Of a stretch of DNA of 64,000 bases, positions 13,907 to 26,900 are shown in pieces. The DNA is taken from positions 1 through 64,000 of the forward strand of contig NIVC01002610.1 in the NCBI GenBank assembly GCA_002269645.1, written 5' to 3'. Position 1 is the first letter of the stretch. The number at the start of each line of letters is the position of its first letter. The DNA comes from Macrostomum lignano (taxonomy: Eukaryota). The notes under the pieces were generated by a model. It was given only the letters and a program-made list of their open reading frames with translations. It did not search any database and had not been told where the DNA came from. Made by a program: the position numbers and the translations under genes.

Positions 13907-16900
13907 ATGCAGGTTGTAACTGCGTTTTTAATCGTTTTGCAAGCGGTAAGGAACTTATTGCATCTATCTGTTTGGCTATGACTTTTGCTTTCGTTGTTCT
14001 TAAGTGTAGAAAACGTATAACGTTTTCTCAGAAGCTCACATTCTGCTTTGTCTTATTTTGTCGCAACCCACAACCACAATACAAGCAAATATAGATTATT
14101 TAATATAAAAATAACACATAGTGTAGGCAGTCGGAATCAGGCTTTTTAAACTATAAATTTTTGCTGTAAAATCATCATTGTAGTCTAACAAATTGGGTAC
14201 TATGCATATCATGTTAGTGTATTATATTTTATCTAGTTAGGACAAGACAAGTCAAATTATTTGTACTGCCTTTTGCTTTGAAAAATGTTGCAAAAAATTC
14301 ATTTTGGTTCTAAAGTTCTAATGATATACAAAGTTTAATGATAAATTAACAGTTTTTTGGTACAATTTATTGAGATAAGTTTTATAGCTTTTTGTTTTTG
14401 AAATTTAATTAAATTTTATTTTAATTTTACTATAATTTATAATTTATACTTTCAAAATAAATAAATATATCTTATGGCCATAGTCCTATTTAACCTTATT
14501 TTCTCCATAATTCATACAAATTAGATTAGCTAATACTATAGTCCAAACCAAAGAATGCTTTTTTGCTAATGCTATAAAAGTCTAGCATATTATTGTTTTT
14601 CACTAATAGTCTTACTTTTACACCTAGTATACTAAGAATTTTTAAGCCCTCTAACAAACATTTTTATAATATTTAGTTAAATATAGAAAATTAGACCTAA
14701 CAAGTAATAAATGTAAAGTTTTAATTTTATTAAATAACCTATGACTAAAAATAGTATTAAGGAGGCCTACTTATCTTTTAGATCTTTGACTATGAATCTT
14801 TCATATGAATTTAACTTATATTTCATTTTAGTCATTTGGTAAATATTGTAAAGTTAATATTTGTAAAATTGTATTTTATTCCATAGAATATTATTTGAAA
14901 ATTCAATATTTTTTTGCCAAATAAGACCTAATAATATAGTAGTAAAATATAATTTTTTATAATAAAAATGACAAAATAGTAAACTATAAAGTGGTATCCA
15001 ATTACTATATTTGAATAGTATTTATAAGTCAATCCATATTCCTAGCTTAATAATAATCTATTTGGTTATCTAAGTACATGTTTAAACTCATAATTAAAAG
15101 TTATCAATAAAATAATTTTATTAATGTAATAATCAAAGACTAGTAGACTTATTATATTCATTATATATTGTTATAACTTTGAATACAATAAGTGATAAAA
15201 ATGCTCAATTGAAGTTTGTTTGTAATTTTTTAAAGTGACCCCTGTAAGAGCCAAGGAGCTTATGAAAAAAGTGTAAATAAACAAGTTTAATAATTTTTGT
15301 TCCATAGATAATAGAAGCCAGGTATGAAATATTAAGTTTTAATCTAAGAGATAGATAAAAGATAGGTGGAATAGTAGAATGATATACATATTGGGGTTGA
15401 GGCATTGCGCAATTAAAGATAAGGTATAAATTAAGCTAGGCAGATACAAAAAGGAATGAGAGGGAAGCAAGTATAAATGTGCTGACTGACAATAAAAAAT
15501 CAGCAACATATATAATAAATAAATAGTACTATTTTATGCTTGCATTAAAATTTATTAGATTGATTTTTTAGAAATAGATTTGATAGAAAATATCAAACCT
15601 TAAAGAGTGAGTAAGTTATTGAAATTTATATTTACAAAGCCAAGGTTTAAGTTGGCACTATAGCATTTTCAATCTGAAATAAAAAAAAGTTTCATTTCAT
15701 TGCTAATTATTATCTTCATTAAGTTGGCAAAAAAATCCAAAATGAAATTCAAAACAATTTTTTACCCATTTTTTCACCTCACAGGCAGTGCTCCAGTGCC
15801 AGATTCTGAGCCCTGACCAATGCAAGCAGTCTGGCTTCACTAGTGCTCTAGAGTGCTCCTCCTGCTCGCAATTGAAGCAGTTCGGCCTGTCTCAGTTGGA
15901 TCAAGCCTGCCAGCAGTGCTGCAAAGGCGACAGTCTAGACAGTGCCAAACTGGTAATTTGCTGACTGCTGAACTCTTCTTCTACAACCCTGCTTTTGTGA
16001 ATCAGTCTATTTGGTTTGCAGTGCTGTGTATTTTTTTCGTTTGATCACTGTGCCAACCGTGGTATTCAATAATCTGCTTCTGTATTCAAGCATCTGATTC
16101 AGTCAATCTTCTTTCTTTTCTCTCGACTGCAACTCGCTATCTGGCCTGCAAATCATGGCTGATCGCATGCAAGACCAATCTGCTCATACAGCTGTTCGAC
16201 CTGGAGCAGCCCCAGGCAAGGAGGCCAGCTCGGCTAAGCGAAATCCTAATATAGTGATGCGCCAGCCACCTGCCGAATCAGCAAATAGAAACTCGTCCGA
16301 TTTGGATGGCGACAATATTCAACCGCCTCAGCAGCCGCCGCCAGTTGCACCGAAGCCTAAGGGCAAGAAAAAGGATAAGAAAGAGAAAGACAAAGACAGA
16401 GACAGAGAGAAGAAAAAGAAAAAAGACAAGGATAGGGACTCTGCTTCATCGCCGCCAGTGCCACCGCCGCCAGTAGCGCAGCCACCACTGCAGAAAGAGC
16501 CGCCCCCATCAGTGCAGCCAATGCCTTCTCAGGCACCGCCGCCACAGACACAGCCTGCGCCACCACAGCCGAAACCGCGCTCTCACGCTTTGCCTCAGAC
16601 GGTGCCGTCACCGAAGCAACTGCCTTCGCCTACTCTACCGCCTCCCCAACCAGCGCAGGCGCAGCAGCAGTTGCGATCTTCGTCTCTGCCTCGCAATCAA
16701 CCGGTAAATGCGAGCGGATCCACCAGCGGAGCTGTTATCACATCCGCTGCTCCTATGTTGCCTAATGCCGCAGTCGCTGCTGCAGCAAGCAAGCCGCAAC
16801 AGTCTCAATCGTTCCATGGCATCACCGCTGCCAGCCAGCCATCCGCCAGCGGCGTACCAGTTGATAATTTCGGTCCTGGCTTAGTTGGCATTGTTAATCA

Positions 16901-19900
16901 CGGCAATAGTTGCTACATGAATGCCATAGTGCAATGCATCTGCCATGTTGACCCGCTGGCGCACTACTTTGCGTCCGAGCTATACCTACAAGATCTATAC
17001 GCGGGCACAGTTGATAAAAAAGGCCGCCCCATCCCACACGAATATCGCACTGAACTCACCGAGGCATTCGCTCAGCTACTAAAGTCGCTTTGGTTTGGCA
17101 ACTATCAGCCTCAGCTGTCTGACAATCTTCGTCAGATTGTTGCTCAGACTCGACCGGAGCTGGCTCTGCGGGACCAACAGGACGCCCATGAGTTCATGCT
17201 GCTGCTGCTGGATCATCTCCACGATGAGCTCAATGGCTATAAAAGACAGCCAAAGGCTAAACAGAAGCCGCCGCTACCGCCTTCTGTCAATGCCGATAGT
17301 GCCACTTTTGCCGAGGACCACGCTCAAAGAAACCGTTCTGTTGTCTACCAGCTGTTCTATGGTTACCAACGCAATCGACTGCAGTGTCCCGGATGCAGCT
17401 TCACCACCAGCACTACGGAGCCTATCACTTGCTTGTCTCTGCCAATTCCTGTAGGCACAACCCGAGCGCTCACTATCGTACTAGCTGACGAGCGCGGCCG
17501 TCAGACTCGATTCGGCTTGGAAGTTGCTGCCGATGGTTCTGTGCGCGAGCTTCGACGCAGTTTGACAACTCGCTGGCAGCTGGAGGATCCCCGTCATCTG
17601 CTCCTGTGCGAAATTGGACCAAACGGATTCCGGCGCACATTCCGCGACACGGATTCTACGGCGCTGTTGTGCGAGCTGGGCGAGGCAGGCAGCCTCTATG
17701 CTATTCAACTGCCCAATCCAGTCATGGACGATGGCGACGATTCTGACTCGAGCGACTCAGAGCCCGTCTATCGACCAGACGGTATCGGTGCTGGCATCCG
17801 ACCACAGGAGGAGGACCTTAGCTACATTCGCATTGTGTCCGTTCACTGCGAGCGCACCCGCAGCGGAGAGCTGCGCCGCTTTACTGGCCCGTTGCACACT
17901 CAGCTCCAGGTACACTGTACTCATGCCGAGCTTAAAGAGGCCCTACTAACCGAACTGGAAACGGCTGGAGATCTGGCTCGAATTGCTAATAAGCGCGATG
18001 TCTATGTTGAACTGCGCCTTGTTGACGGACCACCGCAGTCCTCTGTACTCCAGCAGAATCAGCGTTCGCCGCCTCTTGTTGGTCCCGCTGTAGACCGGGC
18101 ATTGAACTTTAATCTGGCCGATGGCGGGCCGCGTCATCTTAAGCTCACAGTTGTCTGGGGTGTCGCCGAACGACAGCGCTACGCTGCCGCTTATGTTGAC
18201 GAAATTGAAGCCGACGCTAGTCTTCGGACGGCGGCTGCTCAACAGCAGGACAGGCCAGTCAGCTTGCAGGACTGTCTGGCCGAGTACATGCAGGGCTTCC
18301 CAGCTTCTTGGATGTGTCCGAACTGTCGCCGAGTTCAACAAGCTGAACAAATCTCACGAATGTGGACTTGCCCTGATCTGTTGGTCATTCAATTGAAACG
18401 ATTTCAACAGACTGGAACGCGCAAATCCAAGGTTGCCGCTTTTGTCCAGTTTCCTATCGAATCGCTGGACATGTCCGAATACCTTGACGAGGAGAATCTT
18501 GGCCGCCTAAATCCTTACTCGCTGTCTGCCACTGGCCGGCCTCCGCAGTCAGCAACGCCGGCCGATTTCACCTACGATCTGGTTGGCGTAGTCAACCACA
18601 CTGGCAGCCTACAATCTGGCCACTACACCGCCTTCACGTTGAGTCAATCTGATCATCAGTGGTGGCGATTCAACGACGGCCAAGTTGAAGCTCTGTCCGA
18701 CATGACCGCCGTTAGCTCTTCGGATGCTTATCTGCTCTTTTATCAGCGCAGAACTCTTCGGGCCATTTTTGTTAACAATGCTCACTGGAGTGTAGCAATC
18801 GCACAGCAGCAAATGTACGAGCAACAATTTGAGCAGCAGCCGCCTCAATCACAGCCGCTGCCATTCCAATCGCTCAATTTGCCACGGGACGCGTCTCTGC
18901 CGCGAGACGATCTAGGCGACGGCGGCGAGGTAGCGCTCAGGCGACCCGCGCATCCGCCACAGGCTACTCTACCTATCAACCTCATTCCTAATATGATGCC
19001 TGCACCTCCGCCTCAGCCACAGGCGCCAATTCTGTCCATTGACGAGACAGCCAGCGGCATGACTGTTAAGACTGGTCGAGCTCGGATTCACGTTCCAGAT
19101 AGCAAGAAGCGTCAGGGCAAATGGGTGTGGCGCGGCGGCGTCAAAGTCTGGGACGGTCCGGATCCGCCGCCACCGCAGGAGCAGCCGGTGCCGCCGCCTG
19201 AATGATCGATTGGTCCAAATCTGCTGCAGTCGTTCGCTCTTTAAAGACTTCCCATCTCTCTGTTTCTCCGCTTTCTCGATTCGTCTTTTCTACGCTAGTA
19301 CGTGACTTTTTGTCTTGTCTTTTAAAATATGCCAAGCTTTACTAACTGACTTGACTGTTAAAGAATTTTTGTTACTAATTGTTGAGTCGAATTTGGCGTC
19401 AAGAGAAGGCGCAGTTTCAGTGTGCTCAAAGTACTCCAGAAGAGAGCTAGCATATCAGCTAAGTGTAAAGTATTACATGACTAAAATATTGTGTTAAACA
19501 AAGCGTATCGATGTTAAATTTATTGACGTGTATCTAATAGCTATCATTAAAAATATGAAAAGCTTCTAAATGATTCCACATTCGACTTATTCACCACCAC
19601 TTCAACAAACTTTTTTGGAGTAGCATACCAACTTGACAAAATTATATTGTTAACTTTCCATTTGCCATGCATAGGCTAGTTTTAGTTGTTGAGAGGACAT
19701 TTATCCTTTAGTATCTCTAGTATGCATCCATCTTTTTGTAGAACTGAGCCATTTATTGTAACTCTGTTATTGAAAACACAATCAGTCCAATAATTGTAAA
19801 CCTCTCTCGCTATGTATTTTTTCTAAAGACTACCCAAATCCGCTTGGCTGTGCCTGCATTGTGATTTAGTCCCCTACTATATACACCACGTTTTCATAAT

Positions 19901-21650
19901 ATTTATCGTAGCTTGTTCTATGATAAAAATCAATGTGCTTATTATTAACTGGCGCTTACTACTGAGTAATTTAGTTCGGCATATAATGATTCCATATTTA
20001 CAGATTTAATAAATATTGCTTCAAATGTGTTTTTTATAAGCAACAAAATTTCAAATGCCACTATAGACATTCCACAATAGGTGAAGCTCTCTATACGAAG
20101 GCCTGTTGACTGCACATTCCTGCGCTCCATGTGTTTTTGCAACTCCCTGGCTACCTGTACTTGTATGACTGCACCTTTTTTAGTCCGGGCTGTCTGGTTA
20201 CATTTCTTTTGATTATTCTACGAGCTATGCTATTTAATGCTCTTGTACGTTCCCATTTAATTGTATATGAAAAGTTTTTCTCTGTCCCTGTGTACTGCCC
20301 CACATTCCGTGATCCTATTGGCTGTTACATTCCAGTATGCTGATATTCAATATTATCAGCAAATATTCTACCTTTGTGACCTTCTTGATTCACGTTGACT
20401 TTTTTGATTAATTCTTCACCCTAAAATACCAATTCACCCCAATCTGATTCGATCAGTTTTAGCTGTGCATGCGACTCATTTAGCTAACAATATCTACTGG
20501 TATTAAATATTAATAAAGTCGATATGAAAAGTGCAGATTTGCACATTTATAAAAATCCCAAACAATACATGTGCCCTTTTACTATTAACAGTTATTAAGT
20601 ACCTGAAAAGCGATTCAAAATGTTTTAAAATTGTTGCGAATTGCTTGAGGTCTTAATCATTTTTTGCCATAGTTCATGAATGCCAACTCATTTAGGCACA
20701 TGTAGATGAGGATAGGCTTAGCAACAAGATCATCGTCATTATTTTCTCTTTTAATTTCGTTTTAGCGCTACCAATTTGCTGAGCTGGAGATATGCGGATG
20801 AAAACTGGGCAGGTATCCACAGATTGAGGGTAAGTTATTAAAGTTAATGCTAAATTTTAGTTTTTTATTTACTATACTAATAGTATCGAGGTTTAAGGTA
20901 TAGGCAATTTTTTAAGTTCATAGACTTAGAAATAGTTGTACGTGTATGTCCAAGTATCCTACTGTTTCGCAAGTAGTAGAAAGGGTGTCAAGTCTGACTG
21001 TTCTATTTAACTAGTTGGTTTTGGTTTTATTATTTGTATAAACGTAGTACGCGCGACACTTGTTGACGGAAATCTTCGAGTTTTCAGCAGTTTTATATCG
21101 TAATTTCGAAGCATATTTTTCCAATTTTAACAGCCAATTTAAAATGAATGTGATTTAATACTTTCACTATGAAATCATTTTAATTTTGTAATAATTTAAA
21201 CACAGCGAGCTTGAAATTTGGAAGTTACGTAAATAAGAGCAATTCATATCGGGCTGTACCTGCGTGTAAAACGATGTTGTCGTTAAAATTCAATAAAATA
21301 AACGTCTTTGGATACAGTTTTAACACAGAGTAGTCTGACTGACTCAAGCTGTAGCTTTTAAAGTGATAGTCAATGAAACCAAAACTAAATTTAAAGTTAA
21401 CACAGTCACAACAAAAGCTGAAACTCAAAGTTAGCCAATTCTGGCAAAACTGGATATTGCAGCATTCATTAAGTCGAACCGACCGTCTCAGTTCCCGGGC
21501 TTGAGCACCAAGTACAAGCGGGGCGCTGAGCCGGTCATCCGGCTGATGCAGGACGAGGCTGCCAGGTCCGCTGGCACCGGTGAGGAGTTCGGCATCGATC
21601 GATGGGACACTGACACTCTGGAGGAGTTCCTCCGGGAGCGACTGTTGTAG
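13907..21650 (+). CDS. SELENOF: Selenoprotein F (Sep15); join(13907..13945, 15785..15952, 20766..20829, 21463..21650), 152 aa with Sec at TGA 20799-20801
   Basis: Spliced translation: MQVVTAFLIVLQA|AVLQCQILSPDQCKQSGFTSALECSSCSQLKQFGLSQLDQACQQCCKGDSLDSAKL|RYQFAELEICGUKLGRYPQIE|AFIKSNRPSQFPGLSTKYKRGAEPVIRLM...IDRWDTDTLEEFLRERLL*. It has the Cys-rich domain, the CGU redox motif and the thioredoxin-like C-terminus. All introns are GT-AG and in phase. Exon 1 is the least certain. Confidence 0.93.
16155..19205 (+). CDS. Intronless ubiquitin-specific protease, USP31/USP43-like, nested in SELENOF intron 2
   Basis: Cys box GIVNHGNSCYMNAIVQC; QQDAHEFMLLLLDHLHDELN; zinc-ribbon CPGC / CPNC; His box VVNHTGSLQSGHYTAF, WWRFND, AYLLFYQRR. 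The SLPIP..TR.L...G.V.....G.V..LR insertion after the zinc ribbon is USP31/43-like. Confidence 0.9.
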   Translation: MADRMQDQSAHTAVRPGAAPGKEASSAKRNPNIVMRQPPAESANRNSSDLDGDNIQPPQQPPPVAPKPKGKKKDKKEKDKDRDREKKKKKDKDRDSASSPPVPPPPVAQPPLQKEPPPSVQPMPSQAPPPQTQPAPPQPKPRSHALPQTVPSPKQLPSPTLPPPQPAQAQQQLRSSSLPRNQPVNASGSTSGAVITSAAPMLPNAAVAAAASKPQQSQSFHGITAASQPSASGVPVDNFGPGLVGIVNHGNSCYMNAIVQCICHVDPLAHYFASELYLQDLYAGTVDKKGRPIPHEYRTELTEAFAQLLKSLWFGNYQPQLSDNLRQIVAQTRPELALRDQQDAHEFMLLLLDHLHDELNGYKRQPKAKQKPPLPPSVNADSATFAEDHAQRNRSVVYQLFYGYQRNRLQCPGCSFTTSTTEPITCLSLPIPVGTTRALTIVLADERGRQTRFGLEVAADGSVRELRRSLTTRWQLEDPRHLLLCEIGPNGFRRTFRDTDSTALLCELGEAGSLYAIQLPNPVMDDGDDSDSSDSEPVYRPDGIGAGIRPQEEDLSYIRIVSVHCERTRSGELRRFTGPLHTQLQVHCTHAELKEALLTELETAGDLARIANKRDVYVELRLVDGPPQSSVLQQNQRSPPLVGPAVDRALNFNLADGGPRHLKLTVVWGVAERQRYAAAYVDEIEADASLRTAAAQQQDRPVSLQDCLAEYMQGFPASWMCPNCRRVQQAEQISRMWTCPDLLVIQLKRFQQTGTRKSKVAAFVQFPIESLDMSEYLDEENLGRLNPYSLSATGRPPQSATPADFTYDLVGVVNHTGSLQSGHYTAFTLSQSDHQWWRFNDGQVEALSDMTAVSSSDAYLLFYQRRTLRAIFVNNAHWSVAIAQQQMYEQQFEQQPPQSQPLPFQSLNLPRDASLPRDDLGDGGEVALRRPAHPPQATLPINLIPNMMPAPPPQPQAPILSIDETASGMTVKTGRARIHVPDSKKRQGKWVWRGGVKVWDGPDPPPPQEQPVPPPE

Positions 21651-22072
21651 AGTCAGTCCCTAGAGTTGGTTACTATAACAAGGCCATGGGGTGCTAAGTA
21701 AAACATTGCAATTGATAAAATGAAATTATAGCAGTAATGGGCTAAATTATGCATAAAAATTGATAACTGCATTGATAGCAGTTAGCTGAACTGAGTTACA
21801 AAGCATTTCATGGTCTTGACTAGTTTCAACAGACAATCGGTTTACATTTGAGTGCTTCGAGTCTAAGGGATACCTGCGTTACCAAAATATCATACTACTT
21901 TATTATTAAAAATGAAGCTGGGGAAGGGGCAAGTGAATGATCAAATTGCTTTTGTCGATTCGCTTTACTCTGTAGCAAAAGCGAAAATGCGTAGCAAAAT
22001 GAACTTTAATGGTCTGCAATTAGTCGGTTTGATATTAAATATAGCTATGTGTTGTCGTTATCCCACAGCTAA

Positions 22073-22145
22073 AAAAGCGCTCATGATGCCATCGAGTAAA
22101 ACTGACAATTTTGCAGTGCTCGATGAGCTGATTCTATCTGCTTTT
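22073..22145 (+). promoter_or_regulatory. SECIS element (type II) in the SELENOF 3' UTR
   Basis: ATGAT core at 22083-87. Helix II GCCATCGAGT pairs with GCTCGATGAGC (one bulged A). Apical AAAA at 22098-22101, mini-stem CTGAC/GCAG, 3' TGAT at 22129-32. Helix I AAAAGCG/TGCTTTT. Confidence 0.9.
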
Positions 22146-23964
22146 TATTCTGCTTGGGATCCGCAGAATTGTTGCTTTTCCCTCTACAAGGTTACATAAT
22201 AATATTAGTCTGCTCTCAACTTAATGTAGTGTTACAATGCATTAATAGTCTCTGGACAGTGCGAAAACCAGCATTGTTTAGTTTCACAAGCTTCCACAAT
22301 TAATCAATTTGAAATAAATTTGAGCACAAAGCGCACGCTTTCAGTGTAGCATCGTCAACTTTCTGAAAAGTGGTTTTTACTGCAACTGTATTTAACCAGA
22401 GTAACTATTTTGATGAGCGAGCAAATCTTCATTCCAGATGCAATCCAGTACAAATATGCGTACAATTATATAACTATAAGTCGTTTTCGGTTCGCTCACG
22501 CCACCATTAATGAAGCCTTTGAGCCAACTATTTTTTTCTGAATCAATTGTTACCATTGCTGAACTACATGTATATTAGTCCAAGGCTATATTAGTAGAAC
22601 TGCACTATTTTGAAAATAAACGCAAATTAACGCAACAATGTATTTTTGAATCCAGAAATTCGAGCCTTAAACCAAACGCATCCCTAACAGAATGCTTGCA
22701 CTAACCCAGACAAAGCTCCGTTGTTGCTCGTAAAGCCGTCAAACGGCTAAGATATCAACATTGCTTACTTCTATCATGCAGCTGTACTACTGTACGCCGA
22801 GTAGCACTCGACAAATTGAAGCATTTTTATCAGAAATGAAAAAGAAACATTAGATACCGTTTTATACAGTATGCTAGATTTCTTTTATGCAAAAAAGTAA
22901 ACTTTTACTATGCAGTAACGTTAGTGCAAGAGTTAAACCATTTACATGTACAGGCGGTAGCCATATTGTATTTTACATGTAAGAGCGGTTTAGCAGTGTA
23001 ATTACTAGCTATTTTTATTTCAATTTCCTAGTGAAAGTGCGCATTCACTAGTTAGCTCAAAGTACGCTATATTCATAGCTAGTAGCTAATGCAGTGCATA
23101 GGTCGTACAGTGTATTTGTCTTGAAAAAGTTGACAGGCAAATAATACACGTAAGTGATATTGGGCCGCGTGTACATCCTAAAAAAAGTTTAAAAGTGTCG
23201 ATCATTTTCGTATTTGCTTAAGGGTGCTTGGGTTCATACATGCGCAACCTCCAAAATTTGGTCGGCCGTGCGACTTAGTTTTAACAAAAATGCGACGTAG
23301 TTTTCGGCCAAAAATGCGACTTACATGAAAAAACCTGAAAGCAAAATTAACGCAACTTTGGGTAAACGGCAGGAGTAACTATGACTGTCTTTATTAAGGC
23401 AAAATGCTTCGTCAGCTACTTAATACTACTTTGGTATTTATTTGGGTGGGCATTTTTGCAACTTACCTTGGTTGGCCGCCAAATCAGTCGTCCATATCGG
23501 CCAACTATTGTGCATGTATGGTTTTGACTCTTGTCATTCCTTATCGTATTTGTACCCCATGTGGCACTAGAACAGTACACTTGACACGGAGTGTTTTAGG
23601 CATGATTGTACAGTGTAAGGTTGCAAAAGTGGGGAGTGGCAGAGATACATATGTATATATAGCTGTATGAGTATGATGGCACAAGCTAAGGCTAAGTCAA
23701 TGCATGCAGCGATAAAAGCAGTCTGTAAAGCCAAATAGTGAAAGTTAACCTTAACTTATAGCACCTTGGCAGCCTATGCTGTCTGCCTGCATCTGATACG
23801 AGCATATAACTAAACTACCAAGGCAATTGGTTGTATTTACACTTACTTTCTGTACATGAATTGGTAAAGGTAAGGGCTTTTAAATGTTTTATTTATATAG
23901 TAATACTCATAAATCAATTTTATTTTATCACCAAAATCATATACTCGACTTAATCTTTCACAGA

Positions 23965-26900
23965 ATGATGTACAGCCTTAGTTGTCTTTGCCTACTGATT
24001 CTAAGTGGCATCCTAGCTATCAATGGTATTCTAGCTGAGAGTGAGTGCTCAGTTGTTATAAATGAGTTAAATACTGATGAGCCTAATATTGGATCTCAAG
24101 AATTTTCAGAGTTCATTGAGCTAAAGAAAGTTTGTTCTACAACTGCAATGCTATTAGGATCAGTGCCAGTGAGACTCCATGATTTTCTTCTGATTGGAGT
24201 TCAAGAATATAGCGGCGATTTTAGACGACCTGTGGTTTCATTTTCTGCTGACTTCTATCGGTCCTCGGGCTTCAAAACGGACAGCAGTTTCTTTGTTATT
24301 GCATCAAAAGGGAAGCAGGAAGCAGCAGATATGTTTTTTACCGATACATCTATTGGGTATCAGGGAAAAACTAGACATGGGCTGCCAAGTTCCGCTCCTA
24401 GTAGATCATCGCAGTCATCCATCATTGATTTTTTCAAGTCTGCTAGTAAGACAATTCCAACAGAACCAAATGCATTAAAGAATGGGAATGGTAAAAGTGC
24501 TATGGCCATTATTCTCTTGTATCAACGAGACTTTTCTAGATCAGAATCGGACAGTTCAAGTTCCACAACTGCCAGTAGCATTGGAAAACTGCGACTAGCT
24601 AAAATGCATGCAACACAAAGAAGACCTGTTTATGAAGATAAAATTATCATTGATAACTCATTAGCTGAAATTATTAGGAACAATAACAGGTGCACATTTT
24701 TGAGTCCATTTATCGTAGGCTAAAAGACAAGCCCAACTACATCTTAAAGCCAGCAAGAGAATGGGATGAACTTGGTCATGAGGACTATTCAATAAACCGG
24801 TGCCCTGAATCCAGCAGTGAGTTACGAAAGCCTTTGCTTTTTACAAGGTGGAAACTTGGACAGTTGACTCCAGGTAGATAAAATGACTGCTCAGGTGCTC
24901 ATTGGATTTTAGAGGACAATATTGAAGCCATCATAAATACACCTTCAAGAGAAGCATGTACATTGGCAGACTCAGCATTAGCATCTGCTTCATCAGCAAC
25001 AGAAAGAATCGAAATGCGACTAGCTCCTGCTCCAGCTCCATGTTCTGAAAGCTCACACCGTAGTGAATTGGCCAGGTCCTATGAATTTTCAGAGCAAATA
25101 GCAGCTAATCGAGATCATGCTGTTCAAACTGCTGCTGCAGAAACTTCTAATTTTTGCTCTGCTGCAAATGTACAGGAAAGAAGAGAGTTGTTGGAGAATG
25201 ACCAGCAAACAAGCAAACTACAAGTGGAAATTATTAGGCAAGTAAATATTCAAAGACAATCAACGAAACGATCACTTTGCCAAAGTCCTATTGTTGATTT
25301 AGATTCGAGCGACTCAAGGGGTTCAGGTGATGTTGAAATAGTACAAGTAAATACTGCAGAAGCAGGGCCATCGCAAAGAAAAATACCATGCATAAGCACA
25401 TCTGCAGACGCATGTCTAGCCACTTCAGCATCAAAGCCCTCGTCTTCCTCTATGATGGGCGAAAATATTGAAGTTTTCCCTAAAAAGGACTGGGAGGATA
25501 CATCTGGTTTTCGAGAGGAGTGGTTACATTCTTTGGAGATGCACCAGTCACAGTAAGTAAATGGAAACTGACGAACTGTAAATTAATGTATAGTGTATTG
25601 TGTATTGCACTTATTAGCATATTGCTTTTAGATACTCACAAATAGTCCAAATCCCAAAATATTCTCTAATTTGACCATTGCAGATCATTTTCAAGAAAAT
25701 TTGTGTCACAAGAAATGAAGACATGGTTTCAATATGTTCAAAACACCGAAGATCTATCAAGATCTGGAATACAATGTCGGATCTGCAGAAAATTTTTGAA
25801 TGCACATAAGAAAAAGGAGACAAATCTAGAGAGCCAACGTAAGTTAACTTTTGCAACAGAACAAGGCTACATTCCCAAAGGTCATGCAAAAGATAGCGTA
25901 CGAAGAAAACTACAGGAACATTCATCAAATACACTTCACAGTGACGCCATAAAGTGGATGAAGGAAAAACATACTTCAGTTCTTGCAAAGCAACTCAAAC
26001 AGATGAATGAGGCCGCTAGACTAGCTAAAACTAAACGAGATGAAATAACAGCCCGAGTTTTGACAACAGTTTTTTCGCCGAAGTCAAATCTAATATTCCA
26101 TTCAGTGCTCATCCAAATATGATTGATTTACAAGTAAAAAATGGGTTGGATATGGGGAGCCATCATAAGCATCGCAAAAGTGCCGCAGCAATGGTGGAAT
26201 CAATCAGTAATACAATGCATCGGACATTTGTGAATTACATTAAAAGTGCTGACAACCTTCCGATTTCTATTGTACTAGATACAACGTCTGATATTCATTC
26301 AAACAGCTACGTCATGATATACTTCAGAGTTCTTGAAAACAGCCAACCTTTGATGTTTTTTTATCGGTTTAAACGTCTGACTGAAGTAGAGACTGGACGA
26401 AGCATTTATGAACTTCTCATCCGTTTATTTTCGGATGACAAGCTAGAAGATGAAATCAAACGAAGGCTATGGGGGGTGACAACTGATGGTGCATCCGTAA
26501 TGACAGGAAGTCGAGTGGGATTAATAAGTCAACTGAGGCCTTGGGCTAGCAAACAATTTTTTCAGCACCATTGTGCAGCGCATAAGTTAGAACTTTCAAT
26601 CTATCATGCCTTTGAAATCTTCCCATTTATGCAACATCTCGATAAGAATATAAATTCTCTACACAAATTTTATATGAGCCACGCTGTTAAACGTAAGGCA
26701 TCTTTGGCACAAACTTCGGAAGCACTCAACTTGGTTTTCTATGAATTAAAAAGAATATATCGTATCAGGTGGGTTGCATCGGAAGTGTCTGCTCTTGATG
26801 TGATTCGAAAGTCATACTACTTGCTTCTGACAAATTTAGAAAATATCAAATCACCTTCCTCAGGCTTTGATGACGAAAGTAAAGCAACTGCCTCTGGATT

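Noticed and set aside
15853-16044. 63-aa ORF in the ORF track
   Set aside because: Out-of-frame reading of SELENOF exon 2 and the adjacent intron.
16089-16155. In-frame SELENOF-USP fusion protein
   Set aside because: The AGs at 16090 and 16102 lie 64 and 52 nt before the USP ATG, so neither is in frame with the phase-0 exon-2 donor.
21720-21770. Alternative SECIS candidate ATGAAATTATAGCAGTAA...TTGAT
   Set aside because: Helix II pairing is poor compared with the element at 22073-22145.
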